This document shows positions 1-9,201 of a stretch of DNA of 64,000 bases, in pieces. The DNA comes from Phycisphaerales bacterium. GTDB lineage: Bacteria; Planctomycetota; Phycisphaerae; Phycisphaerales; UBA5793. The position numbers and the translations under genes were made by a program. The stretch is from assembly GCA_044229655.1 (NCBI GenBank), contig JBGASM010000007.1:106675-170674 (forward strand), written 5' to 3'. The notes under the pieces are model-generated. The model did no database searches. It saw nothing but the letters and a program-made list of their open reading frames with translations, and was not told where the DNA came from. Positions within the stretch are counted from its first letter, which is position 1, and each line of letters begins with the position of its first letter.

Positions 1-81
1 GTGCTCATGGAACTCACCGCACTCGGCGGGAGGAGTCGGCTGAAGAACCCCGACCTCGTGCGCGCGGTGCTCAAGGTGTGA
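1..81 (+). CDS. 3' end of an unidentified CDS (partial, runs off window start)
   Basis: Frame 1 is open from the window edge to TGA at 79-81 (...NPDLVRAVLKV*). Only 26 codons are visible. Confidence 0.25.
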   Translation: MLMELTALGGRSRLKNPDLVRAVLKV

Positions 82-132
82 GAGACTCGATCTGGTCATC
101 CGCACGGCGATGCGTGTGCCATAGACTCGGAC

Positions 133-1884
133 ATGGAAGCGTGGAATCCGCCCAACAAGGACCATCCACCGCCCAAGGCGGGTGAGCCGCCCCTGCACCG
201 GGCTGCGCGAATGGGCGATGAGGCGATGATCCGGAAACTGGCGGCGGAGGGGGCGGACCTGAATCAAGTCTTTTGCATGGGGCTAGATCCCGGCGGGCCG
301 CCGCATCCGATGACGCCGCTCATGGTCGCGGCGGGAATGGGTGATGGAGGTTCGGTGGAAACACTGCGGCTGCTCATTGAACTGGGCGCTGATCCCACGC
401 TGGTGGTGGATGGTGAAACAGCGGCGTCCAAGGCGTGCGTCGGACTGGGATGGAACTACCGGCCCGGAGGCGATGCGGCCCGACTGCGATTTCTATTGGA
501 GGCGGGCAGTCCCATTCCTCCCGATCCGCAGATGGCTCATCAGATATTGTGCGGAGTGCTCGAGGCGGGCGATTCAGAATGCGCACGCATTTTGCTCGAG
601 AAAGGGCTCAACCCTTCCGGGTATTTCGACCCGGAGCGCGCGCTGGCCCAAAGCAGGGAGATGCATGCCAGGTTGGCTTCTTATCGAGTGGCCTTCGAGC
701 AGAAGATCACTTCACCCACTCGGCAGCCAACTGAATCGTACTTGGAGCAGAGCCGGAAACGGGAGGAGGAGGAGATACTTCGATACGCTTCTGCGTCATC
801 GCCATATGAGATTCCATTGTTTTACGCGGTTAAATCGGACTCACTTGAGTGTGTCCGGCTGCTGTTGGATGCGGGCGCTGATCCGATGGTGCGGGACCAC
901 GGGAAGGAAACCGCCATGTATTCGGCGCGCTCGGTGGCGATGATCAAGGCGCTCCAGGCGGTGGGACTACCGCTGGAGGATGCCAATCAATTCGGATGGT
1001 CGCCGTTGGTCGATGCGGTCGGTGGCGGAGCGCGTGAATTGCCGCGCATCACAGCGCTCATCGAAGCGGGAGCGGATGTCAACGGCACCCACGACCGGGG
1101 GTACACGGTCTTCATGTCGGCGGTAGGCAGCGATCGCGATCCGGCGGTGCTGCGCCTGCTCATCGCCTCGGGCGCGAATCCCCACGCCGTGAGCGATCTG
1201 GGCTACAACGCCTTTCACGCCGCCATCGATGTGAACGGAGAGGACAACGCAGAGGAATCGGTGCGCTCCACGCTGGGGTACCTGAAGGAACTCGGGGTGG
1301 ACATCGAGCATCGCAACGGGGGCGGGCACACACCGCTGGCGCGGGCGATTCAGGATGGCACCGGGACGGAGGTGCGGGTGCTTTGCGAACTGGGGGCCGA
1401 TCCCAACGCGGTCTGCCCCATGCACGACTGCAGCGGGGGGAGTTGCACGCGCATCGACCGGCCGTTGCTCTTTCACGCAGCCAATGGGGTGGGAGTCCAT
1501 CGGTATGTGAAGACGGAGGCACTGCTCAGGGCCGGCGCTGATCCGCGAATGCGTGACGCCTCGGGAGATACGCCCCTGATTCACCTGGCCCACGCCCTGT
1601 GTGCGGACGCCGCGGACTTCTGGCCAGCGGTGCAGGCCTTCTTCACGGGACTGATCCCTTTGCAGATGAACTTTCCCGCTGCCCCAAAGGAGAAAGAGGT
1701 CTTTATCGCAGCCGCATGCGCTCATGTGCAGGGATTCATCGAGGGGTATGGCGCTGGGATTCCGCTTTCTGACGATTCGGACTTCACCTTGATGGTGCGC
1801 GGCGAGCGCATCCGCTGCCTGATTCTGCTGGCAGCCTATGAGATGTGGTGGGAACGCGAACAGAAGCGCAGAGCCGGGAGGTAG
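133..1884 (+). CDS. ankyrin repeat protein
   Basis: 583-aa ORF with many ankyrin-type repeats (PLHRAARMGDEAMIRKLAAEGADLN, TPLMVAAGMG, LLDAGADP, LIEAGADVN, LCELGADPN, LLRAGADP). TAG stop at 1882-1884. Confidence 0.85.
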   Translation: MEAWNPPNKDHPPPKAGEPPLHRAARMGDEAMIRKLAAEGADLNQVFCMGLDPGGPPHPMTPLMVAAGMGDGGSVETLRLLIELGADPTLVVDGETAASKACVGLGWNYRPGGDAARLRFLLEAGSPIPPDPQMAHQILCGVLEAGDSECARILLEKGLNPSGYFDPERALAQSREMHARLASYRVAFEQKITSPTRQPTESYLEQSRKREEEEILRYASASSPYEIPLFYAVKSDSLECVRLLLDAGADPMVRDHGKETAMYSARSVAMIKALQAVGLPLEDANQFGWSPLVDAVGGGARELPRITALIEAGADVNGTHDRGYTVFMSAVGSDRDPAVLRLLIASGANPHAVSDLGYNAFHAAIDVNGEDNAEESVRSTLGYLKELGVDIEHRNGGGHTPLARAIQDGTGTEVRVLCELGADPNAVCPMHDCSGGSCTRIDRPLLFHAANGVGVHRYVKTEALLRAGADPRMRDASGDTPLIHLAHALCADAADFWPAVQAFFTGLIPLQMNFPAAPKEKEVFIAAACAHVQGFIEGYGAGIPLSDDSDFTLMVRGERIRCLILLAAYEMWWEREQKRRAGR

Positions 1885-1929
1885 GATTCCCCTGCTGGCA
1901 GCAGCGCACAGGGGAAGGGTTTTCCTACA

Positions 1930-3648
1930 ATGCCCGCGCACGGAAGCCTCGCGATGCCTCTGCGACTCCTCTGGTACATTCTCCGCGACCTCCTGAAGAT
2001 CCTCGCCTTGTCGACGGGAGTGATTCTCACGTTCCTGGCCTTTGGTGTGGCGATCAAGCCATTGTCGGATGGGGTGCTCTCGCCCATTCAGTTGGCGCGG
2101 TTCATCCTGCTCTCACTGCCGGCGATGCTGCAGTTCGCCCTGCCCTTTGCGGCTGCGCTCTCGGCGACGCTGGTGTATCACCGCATGACGGCGGACAACG
2201 AGATCACGGCCTGCGCTGCGGGGGGCGTCTCCTACGGCATGCTGCTGGCGCCGGCCGCGCTCTTGGGCGGGGTGCTCACGGTGGGGCTCTTAGTGGTGGC
2301 CAATTACATCAGTCCTTTCTTCTGGGCGGCGATGGACCGCGCGGTGCGCGTGGATGCGGCGGACTATCTCATCACCTCGATCCAGAAGGGTGAGCCGGTG
2401 GTGGCGGGAGACACGCTCATCGATGCCCGGCGGATCGGGCGCTACGAGCGTCCCATGGACCAGAATTCCTACGCCTCGCTGTGGATGGAGGAAGTGATCG
2501 TCGTGAGCCTGACCAAGGGGGAGGCACAGTGGGATGCGACGGCGCGGCAGGCGACCCTGGACCTGGCCAGGGATTCGGCCGCGGGGGGCGGCTTTACCTA
2601 CATCGATGCCTGGCTGGGGGATGCGGTGGTTTACGATGCCCGCACCAGTTCGCTGTGGTGGCAGGATGAGTTCTACCGGGGCAACATCGCGGTGCCCGAA
2701 TCCTTCCGCGACACGCCCAAGTTCATGGATGCCGGCCGCATGCGGGCGGTGGAGAAGAGGCCCGAAACGTACTGGCGCATCGCTCAGCGCATCAGCGATC
2801 TGCGCAGCTGGATCATCCGCCAGCAGGCTCGCGAAGAGATGGAAGCGCAGATCAGACGCACGGGCACCATCGAGTTCATCAGCAAGCGAAGGCTGAACGC
2901 AGGCGATGAGGCCTTCCGGCGGTATGTGCTGTCGGCCGGGGGATTGTCCGGAGATGTGAACTCGGTGTGGAAGGTTGCTCCGCCCGAGGGCGGACGCGAG
3001 AGCGGCGCTGGCGCTGGCGGGGGATGCAGGATTCTGGTGTACGAAGGGGGCAAGATCATCCGCGAGTATTCCGCGGCCAGCGTGACTATTGAGCCCAACC
3101 CGATCCGATCGGGCGCGGAGCCGACGTTCGAGGTCGCTTCGATTGATACGGTGGCGCGGGATGTGGGGCTGCCTGATTCGCCCCAGACGCAGCGCTCCGA
3201 GGTGCAGTTGTCAGGCCTCATGCTCAATTCGCGGCTGGCGGCGAACCTGGCGGACCAGAATTATGAGCAGTTATGCGCCACGGCCCGGGAGATGAACGAC
3301 TCCCAGACCTTGGACAGGTACACCACCGCCGTGACGCAGGAGATCGCCAAGGTCCGCAACGAGATTCTCAGCCGACGCAATGACCGGGCGGCCCTGTCAG
3401 TGTCCTGTCTCATCATGATGCTGCTGGGTTCTTGTTTGGCGATCTTTATGCGCAACTCCCTGCCCCTGACGGTGTACTTCTGTGCGTTCGTGCCCGCCAT
3501 CGTCGGGCTGGTGGTCATCAGCGCGGGAGTTGATCTGACCAAGAACCCCGCGCTGCCGGATGTGTGGGGGCTCATGCTGCTCTGGTCGGGCAATGCGGCG
3601 ATGGCCCTGCTCACCGGGTTTGTTCTTTCGCGTGTGGTAAAGCACTAG
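1930..3648 (+). CDS. LptF/LptG-family (YjgP/YjgQ) LPS export permease with large periplasmic insert
   Basis: The N-terminus LLWYILRDLLKILALSTGVILTFLAF is typical of this family. TM segments lie at both ends around a long soluble middle. It is paired with a second family member downstream. Alternative start at 1954. TAG stop. Confidence 0.78.
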   Translation: MPAHGSLAMPLRLLWYILRDLLKILALSTGVILTFLAFGVAIKPLSDGVLSPIQLARFILLSLPAMLQFALPFAAALSATLVYHRMTADNEITACAAGGVSYGMLLAPAALLGGVLTVGLLVVANYISPFFWAAMDRAVRVDAADYLITSIQKGEPVVAGDTLIDARRIGRYERPMDQNSYASLWMEEVIVVSLTKGEAQWDATARQATLDLARDSAAGGGFTYIDAWLGDAVVYDARTSSLWWQDEFYRGNIAVPESFRDTPKFMDAGRMRAVEKRPETYWRIAQRISDLRSWIIRQQAREEMEAQIRRTGTIEFISKRRLNAGDEAFRRYVLSAGGLSGDVNSVWKVAPPEGGRESGAGAGGGCRILVYEGGKIIREYSAASVTIEPNPIRSGAEPTFEVASIDTVARDVGLPDSPQTQRSEVQLSGLMLNSRLAANLADQNYEQLCATAREMNDSQTLDRYTTAVTQEIAKVRNEILSRRNDRAALSVSCLIMMLLGSCLAIFMRNSLPLTVYFCAFVPAIVGLVVISAGVDLTKNPALPDVWGLMLLWSGNAAMALLTGFVLSRVVKH

Positions 3649-3662
3649 CGCTGCGCTGAGTC

Positions 3663-4820
3663 ATGTCGCACCTTGACCGTTACATCCTCCGCCAGTTCTT
3701 CACAAACTTTGTGCTCGTGTTTGCCGCGCTCTTCCTGTTCACGTGCATGATCGATCTCTTCATCAACCTCGACAATTTCATCGAGGCGGCCGATCGGACG
3801 GTGAGCGCGCAGTCAGGCGCGGGGGAAGGCGGAGCGCTGGCCCGGCCGCTGCAGACCGCCGTGTATGTCTTCATGTTTTACGGGCCCCAGGTCTTCCGCT
3901 TCTTCGTCTTTTTCCTGGGGATGGCCACCATCTCGGCGATGGGCTTCACGCTCGTGCAGATGCACCGCAACCGCGAGCTCACGGCGATCCTGGCGGCGGG
4001 CGTGAGCCTGCACCGGGTGGCGATGCCCATCATTCTGGCGACGGTCGCGCTCAATGTGCTGCAGTTCATCAATCGCGAGGCAGTCCTTCCGACGCTGGCT
4101 CCCGTGCTGCTCATGGATCAGGACGACATGGGTCAGCGCAGCGTGAAGGAGTTTCGGGTCAACCTGCTCACCGATTCGCAGGGCCGGCGCATCTTCGCGA
4201 ACCGTTACAACCCCGATGATGAAACGATGCGGCAGGTGGTGATCTGGGAGTTTGGCGCCGATCACGAACTGACCCGGCGCATTATCGCAGATTCGGCGGT
4301 CTGGCGGGCGCAAGCGGGCCCGGACGGCGGGGTTGCAGGCGGACACTGGGATCTGGTCAACGGGGTGGGCACGCCCATCCTGCGCGGAGCCAATGAGCCG
4401 GCCCGGGGAGAGCCGGTGCCGCTGATCGCCTCCGACCTTGATCCCACAACCATCCTGCTCCACCGGTATGCGGAGTATCGGCAGATGCTCAGCCTCACCC
4501 AGATCGGGGCCCTGATGGACAAACCGGGGGTGTATGACGCGAGCGATCTGGCGCGGATCCGTTTCGGCCGCTTCGCGCAGTTCATCGTGAACATCCTGGC
4601 CCTGCTCATCACGCTTCCCTTCTTCCTGCTGCGCGAGCCGAGAAATCTTGTGGTGCAGACGGTCAAGTGCGCTGCGGTCGGCTTGTCTGCGCAGATTCTG
4701 GGCGCTGTGGGCGTGCTCATCCCCATGGGGGCGCTGCCGGCGGCGACGGGTGTCTTCCTGATTCCCCTGTTGGTGCTGCTCCCACTTTCTGTAGCGATGC
4801 AGGCGCAAGTGGAGACCTGA
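3663..4820 (+). CDS. LptF/LptG-family (YjgP/YjgQ) LPS export permease
   Basis: N-terminus MSHLDRYILRQFFTNFVLVFAALFLFTCMIDLF, with hydrophobic N- and C-terminal segments. It starts 15 nt after the preceding paralog. Confidence 0.8.
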   Translation: MSHLDRYILRQFFTNFVLVFAALFLFTCMIDLFINLDNFIEAADRTVSAQSGAGEGGALARPLQTAVYVFMFYGPQVFRFFVFFLGMATISAMGFTLVQMHRNRELTAILAAGVSLHRVAMPIILATVALNVLQFINREAVLPTLAPVLLMDQDDMGQRSVKEFRVNLLTDSQGRRIFANRYNPDDETMRQVVIWEFGADHELTRRIIADSAVWRAQAGPDGGVAGGHWDLVNGVGTPILRGANEPARGEPVPLIASDLDPTTILLHRYAEYRQMLSLTQIGALMDKPGVYDASDLARIRFGRFAQFIVNILALLITLPFFLLREPRNLVVQTVKCAAVGLSAQILGAVGVLIPMGALPAATGVFLIPLLVLLPLSVAMQAQVET

Positions 4821-4838
4821 GCGGCCCGTGAAATAGCT

Positions 4839-6731
4839 TTGGCGCGCGACCTGCCAGGAAGACTCATCATGGCCAAGAACGGAAAGGACAAATTCCTGCA
4901 GCGACCCGGCGCTGCAAAGTCGCGCACGGACCCCTCAACTGCGGGAGCAGATCTAGCGGCCCAGATCGATGGGCTGCTGCGCGCGGGACGGCTTGCGGAA
5001 GCGGAACGGCTGTTGCGCCAGAAGTTGGCGGTGAATCCTCATGACCGTCCGGCGATGCTGGCCCTGGCAACCACCCTGCGGAGCATGCGTCGATTCCCTG
5101 AAGCGCTGGCCGCACTTGAACCGGGATTGCGCAAGGTTCCGCAGGACGCTGCTGCCGTGGCCGAGGCAGGGCTCACATTTCACGCGGCGGGCCGACTGGA
5201 TGAGGCCATCGAAGCCTATCGCAGGGCGCTGCAATTGGACCCCACTTCTATTCCAATCCGCCTGCAATTGGGACGGGCATTGCTGGACAAGTATCAGCCC
5301 GACGCCGCCATTCGCATCCTTCGCGAGGGGCTTGAGCGTGCGCCCAACCATGAGGACCTGACGCAGGCCCTGGCCTATGCGTATCTCACAAACGGAAACC
5401 CCGGACAGGCGCTCCCGCACTACGAGCACATCAGCCGCACCCGCCCGGGTGCAGCGGATGTGTGGGCAGGGGTGGGCACATGTCGACGCATTTTGGGCGA
5501 TACCGCGGGCGCAAAAGAGGCGTTTGAGAAGGCGCTGGCGCTTCGCCCCGGTCTGTCAGGCGCGTTGGTCGGATTATCAAAGGTGTACGAAGAGGAAGGA
5601 GATCAGGCGCGGGCGCAGGCGCTCATTGAACCTCTCATCCGCTCGGGTCGCCACGCCCCCGACCTTGTCATCGCGTACGCCGGCCTGCTCGAAAGAGCGG
5701 GCCGCGCGGAGGAGGGGGTGCCGCTGCTGCGCACTGCGCTCGAATCGCCCGGGTCATCCGGCTTCGGCCGATCCCTGCTCTGGAGCACGCTGGGTTCTCT
5801 GCTGGAGAAAGTCGGGCGATATGACGAAGCCTTTGCCGCCTATCGCGAGAGCAATTCGCTTGCGCCGCGGACATTTCGTCCTGCAAAGTGCATCGAACTC
5901 ACGGACCGCATCATCGCAACCTTTAGCCGGGCGATGTTGACCGATGCGGGCCATGGCCTGGAGGAGAGCTCGGAATTGCCGGTCCTGGTTGTCGGCATGC
6001 CGCGCTCGGGCACGAGTCTGCTTGAGCAGATTCTGGCGAGTCATCCGAATGCGTTCGGAGCGGGAGAACTCACGGATTTGGGCGCACTGGCATCGGGTGC
6101 GGGGAAGCGTTTCGCGCCGGGGACAGGGTTTCCCGAATCGGCTGCAGGGCTGACGCCTGCATCTCTGCGCGTTCTGGCGGATCAGTATCTGGACCGGCTT
6201 CGTGAAGCGGCTGGGCCCGAGGCGCATCGAGCGATCGAACGCGTGACCGACAAGATGCCTCAGAACTATCTGTTCCTGGGCCTCTTTACGATGCTTTTTC
6301 CGCGCGGGCGCATCATTCACTCCGTGCGCAGTCCCCTGGACACCTGTTTCTCCTGCTACGCAACCTCTTTGTCAGCGCACTACGACTTCACCAACGACCT
6401 GGCAGACTTGGCCGTTGCCTATCGCCAATATCGCCGGCTCATGTCGCACTGGCGCGAAGTTCTTCCGACGCCGATCGCGGACATTCGCTATGAATCGCTG
6501 GTGGCGGACCGCCAAACCTGGACACGTCAACTTGTGGATGCGGCGGGTTTGCCCTGGAACGATGCCTGTCTGGCGCACCATGAATCAAGGCGCGTCGTGC
6601 GCACCGCGAGCATGCATCAGGCCAGCAGGCCGGTGTACGCCAGTTCTGTGGCGCGCTGGAAGCGATTTGAGAAACACCTTGGGCCCTTGATCGACGGCTT
6701 GGGCGAAATCGCCCTCGAGAGCGAGGCATGA
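4839..6731 (+). CDS. TPR-repeat protein with C-terminal sulfotransferase domain
   Basis: The N-terminal half carries repeated TPR-like A..Y/A..L..P helices. The C-terminal half has the PAPS-binding-type loop VVGMPRSGTSLLEQILASHP and a RSPLDTCFSCY segment typical of TPR-sulfotransferases. Confidence 0.8.
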   Translation: MARDLPGRLIMAKNGKDKFLQRPGAAKSRTDPSTAGADLAAQIDGLLRAGRLAEAERLLRQKLAVNPHDRPAMLALATTLRSMRRFPEALAALEPGLRKVPQDAAAVAEAGLTFHAAGRLDEAIEAYRRALQLDPTSIPIRLQLGRALLDKYQPDAAIRILREGLERAPNHEDLTQALAYAYLTNGNPGQALPHYEHISRTRPGAADVWAGVGTCRRILGDTAGAKEAFEKALALRPGLSGALVGLSKVYEEEGDQARAQALIEPLIRSGRHAPDLVIAYAGLLERAGRAEEGVPLLRTALESPGSSGFGRSLLWSTLGSLLEKVGRYDEAFAAYRESNSLAPRTFRPAKCIELTDRIIATFSRAMLTDAGHGLEESSELPVLVVGMPRSGTSLLEQILASHPNAFGAGELTDLGALASGAGKRFAPGTGFPESAAGLTPASLRVLADQYLDRLREAAGPEAHRAIERVTDKMPQNYLFLGLFTMLFPRGRIIHSVRSPLDTCFSCYATSLSAHYDFTNDLADLAVAYRQYRRLMSHWREVLPTPIADIRYESLVADRQTWTRQLVDAAGLPWNDACLAHHESRRVVRTASMHQASRPVYASSVARWKRFEKHLGPLIDGLGEIALESEA

Positions 6732-7307
6732 TCAGGAGTCGCCGCGAGCGCGGGGGATCCAGGGCACATCCGGTATGCCGGCCTGGTGATTGGCCAGCCG
6801 CGCCAGAACGAAGAGCAGGTCTGAGACGCGGTTGACCCAGGCCATTACCTCGCTGCGCACCGCGCCGGGACGCTCTGCCTCGGTGAGGCGGACCAGAGCG
6901 CGTTCGGCCCGTCGGCAGATGGTGCGTGCCACATGCAACCGGGCAGCGCACTCGCTCCCGCCCGGCAGAATGAATGTTCTCTGTTCGGGCAGTTGGGCGG
7001 TTGCTTCATCGATCCACTGTTCGAGGCGAGAGATTTCGGTCGCGCCCACCGGACTGATCTTGCGCCGGTGGGGCGAATCCATCGGCGTCGCCAGGTCGGC
7101 CCCGACCTCGAAGAGTTCGATCTGGAGAGCGGACAGCACGGCGCCGATAAAGGGAGTCAGTCCGGGCAATGACAACACGGCGCCAAGCGCTGCATTGAGC
7201 TCATCCAGATCACCGTAGGCCTCGACTCGCGCGGCGCTCTTCGACAGCCGCGCACCGCCGTGGAGCCCTGTTGTGCCGTCATCGCCAGTGCGCGTATAGA
7301 TCTTCAT
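6732..7307 (-). CDS. PduO-type ATP:cob(I)alamin adenosyltransferase
   Basis: MKIYTRTGDDGTTGLHGGARLSKSAARVEAYGDLDELNAALG is the hallmark N-terminus of this family. Start is placed at the MKIY Met (7307) rather than the ORF-track start at 7346. Confidence 0.85.
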   Translation of the reverse strand: MKIYTRTGDDGTTGLHGGARLSKSAARVEAYGDLDELNAALGAVLSLPGLTPFIGAVLSALQIELFEVGADLATPMDSPHRRKISPVGATEISRLEQWIDEATAQLPEQRTFILPGGSECAARLHVARTICRRAERALVRLTEAERPGAVRSEVMAWVNRVSDLLFVLARLANHQAGIPDVPWIPRARGDS

Positions 7308-7342
7308 CGCGGGATCGTATGAACCTGAGCTGACTTGCGGGA

Positions 7343-8422
7343 TCACGGTCCATCCGGGTCCTCATCGGGATCGGGAGTGGCGGGTTCCGCAGCGGGTGTG
7401 GATTCCGGGGTCGTTTCGGCCGGTGCGGCGGGCTCGGTTGCCGGCGTCGTCTCCGGGCTGTTTGGATCGGTGTTTTCAGGCGCAGGGGAGACCGGAGGGT
7501 TGGTCTGCGGGGCCGGATAGGGCGGCGGAGCCAGGAGCGGGTCAGGCGTGTTAGGCAGCGACGGCTCGAAGTACATCACATATGAGGTGAAGGTGGCGAA
7601 AGGGGCATTGTCGGCCATGTCAATGTTGGCTGTGAACGGATACGGCACGCCGGGCCGGGCTCCGTCAATGCGGACGGTGGTCTGGCCGATCTGGCCGCCA
7701 CGCCGGTTGTAAAAGACGACGGCGACCGACATGTCGCGCGTGTCGCGTTCGGCCTGGATGATCGAGCCGGAGATGCGCAGGTGGGTGTAGTCGACCACCT
7801 TGTCGCGATCGACGTACCAGAAGTCGATGGAAGGGATGTACTGGATCTCCTCCTTGCTGGTCGTCTGGTAGAACGTGGTGAGTTGACCGATGCCCACCGC
7901 GTCGCCGATGATCGTGAAGCCGGCCTTTTCAATCGCATCCACGCGCGCCTGCAGATCCGCATCGCGCGCCTTGCCGACGTCGCGCTGCGCCTTTTTCTGC
8001 TCACGCGCTTCCCGAGCCTTGCGCTCGGCATCCTCGCGCTTGGCCCTCGCGTCGGCCGCGCGCTTGGCGCGCTCTTCTTTCTCGATGCGCTCGCGGTAGA
8101 ACAGGTACTTCTCGAAGTCCACGCCGTACTGGTCATGGTCCTTGATGAATTGCTCCAGTTCCGTGATCCTGCGCAGGGCCGCGCTCAGGTCCAATTGGGC
8201 CTTCGCGACTTCCTGCTGCAGGGCGCTGCGCTCGCTGATCAATTGGTTCAGCATCTCCTCCAGTTCCTGCGCGCTGGACGGAGGCGCACCCGCTTGCGAC
8301 TGTCCGCCGTTGGCGGGGTCACCCTGTCGCGCGTACACCGCCACTGGGCTCAGGGTCCAGGTGAGAGTCAACGCAACAACGGACACAAGCCGGCATGGAC
8401 TATTCGACGGGCTGGACATCAT
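7343..8422 (-). CDS. secreted coiled-coil protein with Pro/Thr/Glu-rich C-terminal tail (hypothetical)
   Basis: Signal-peptide-like N-terminus (VSVVALTLTWTLSPVAVYA), a charged heptad-like region (ERIEKEERAKRAADARAKREDAERKAREAREQKK), then a beta-rich domain and a low-complexity P/T/E tail. Confidence 0.6.
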   Translation of the reverse strand: MMSSPSNSPCRLVSVVALTLTWTLSPVAVYARQGDPANGGQSQAGAPPSSAQELEEMLNQLISERSALQQEVAKAQLDLSAALRRITELEQFIKDHDQYGVDFEKYLFYRERIEKEERAKRAADARAKREDAERKAREAREQKKAQRDVGKARDADLQARVDAIEKAGFTIIGDAVGIGQLTTFYQTTSKEEIQYIPSIDFWYVDRDKVVDYTHLRISGSIIQAERDTRDMSVAVVFYNRRGGQIGQTTVRIDGARPGVPYPFTANIDMADNAPFATFTSYVMYFEPSLPNTPDPLLAPPPYPAPQTNPPVSPAPENTDPNSPETTPATEPAAPAETTPESTPAAEPATPDPDEDPDGP

Positions 8423-8629
8423 GGAAAGTCTCCCGGTGAGCGTCAGATCCGCTTGAGGACAATCCTCTAAGGATGACGACGGAGGTCGACAGCTTCTGTT
8501 CCAGTCTTTCCGCCGGCATCGAGCAGTTCAGATGCGGTCCGCGCTCCCCAGCAGGCCGAATCGGGCGGGAAAACAGGTTGAGCGAATCCTAGTCGGGTAG
8601 GGCCGGGGTCGTCCCCAGGCCTTGCTGCG

Positions 8630-9139
8630 TTAGCCCATGTCTTCCAACGCCGCCAGCAGCGCCGTCATCTGGTTCGCCGGAGGCATTTCATGCCCCTTGC
8701 GCTCCAACGCGATCAGCAGGGGTTTGACCGATTTGATCCGCTCCTCCTGGTATGCCTGCACCAACAGCGGAATAACTCCCATGGACTTGATGAAAGAAAG
8801 TTTTACTTTCTCCAGCAGGGCCTTGCCTTCGATGATGAGAAGGCGCGAACGCAGGTGAATCGCCAGCTGAATCGACGCCCGATCCGACCCCTGCACCTGC
8901 GCAAGCCGGGCCGGCAGCGGCATGTCCGCGGCATCTGCGTGGATTCGCAGAAATCCGGGTCGCGCGGAAGCGATCCAGAGACCTGCACATGCCTGATCGA
9001 CGCTGGCGCAGATCGTCGCCTCGCCGAACATGTTCTCCAGCAGCCATTCGTGCCGGATGGCGCTCAGCGCGCGCAAAGACGACTCCGCGACGACCACCGG
9101 ACCGTTTGCAACAGGCGCTGCTGATGATTGCTTCTGCAT
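8630..9139 (-). CDS. hypothetical protein
   Basis: The coding-looking part of the 301-aa ORF starts at MQKQSS (ATG at 9139). The upstream Arg/Pro-rich extension overlaps the divergent MEMO gene and looks non-coding. No motif recognised. Confidence 0.4.
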   Translation of the reverse strand: MQKQSSAAPVANGPVVVAESSLRALSAIRHEWLLENMFGEATICASVDQACAGLWIASARPGFLRIHADAADMPLPARLAQVQGSDRASIQLAIHLRSRLLIIEGKALLEKVKLSFIKSMGVIPLLVQAYQEERIKSVKPLLIALERKGHEMPPANQMTALLAALEDMG

Positions 9140-9201
9140 GACGCAGGGGATGGTATGGGGCGCCCGCTTCGGTCTCGGCGAACCGCCGCTACAGTCCGGC
9201 C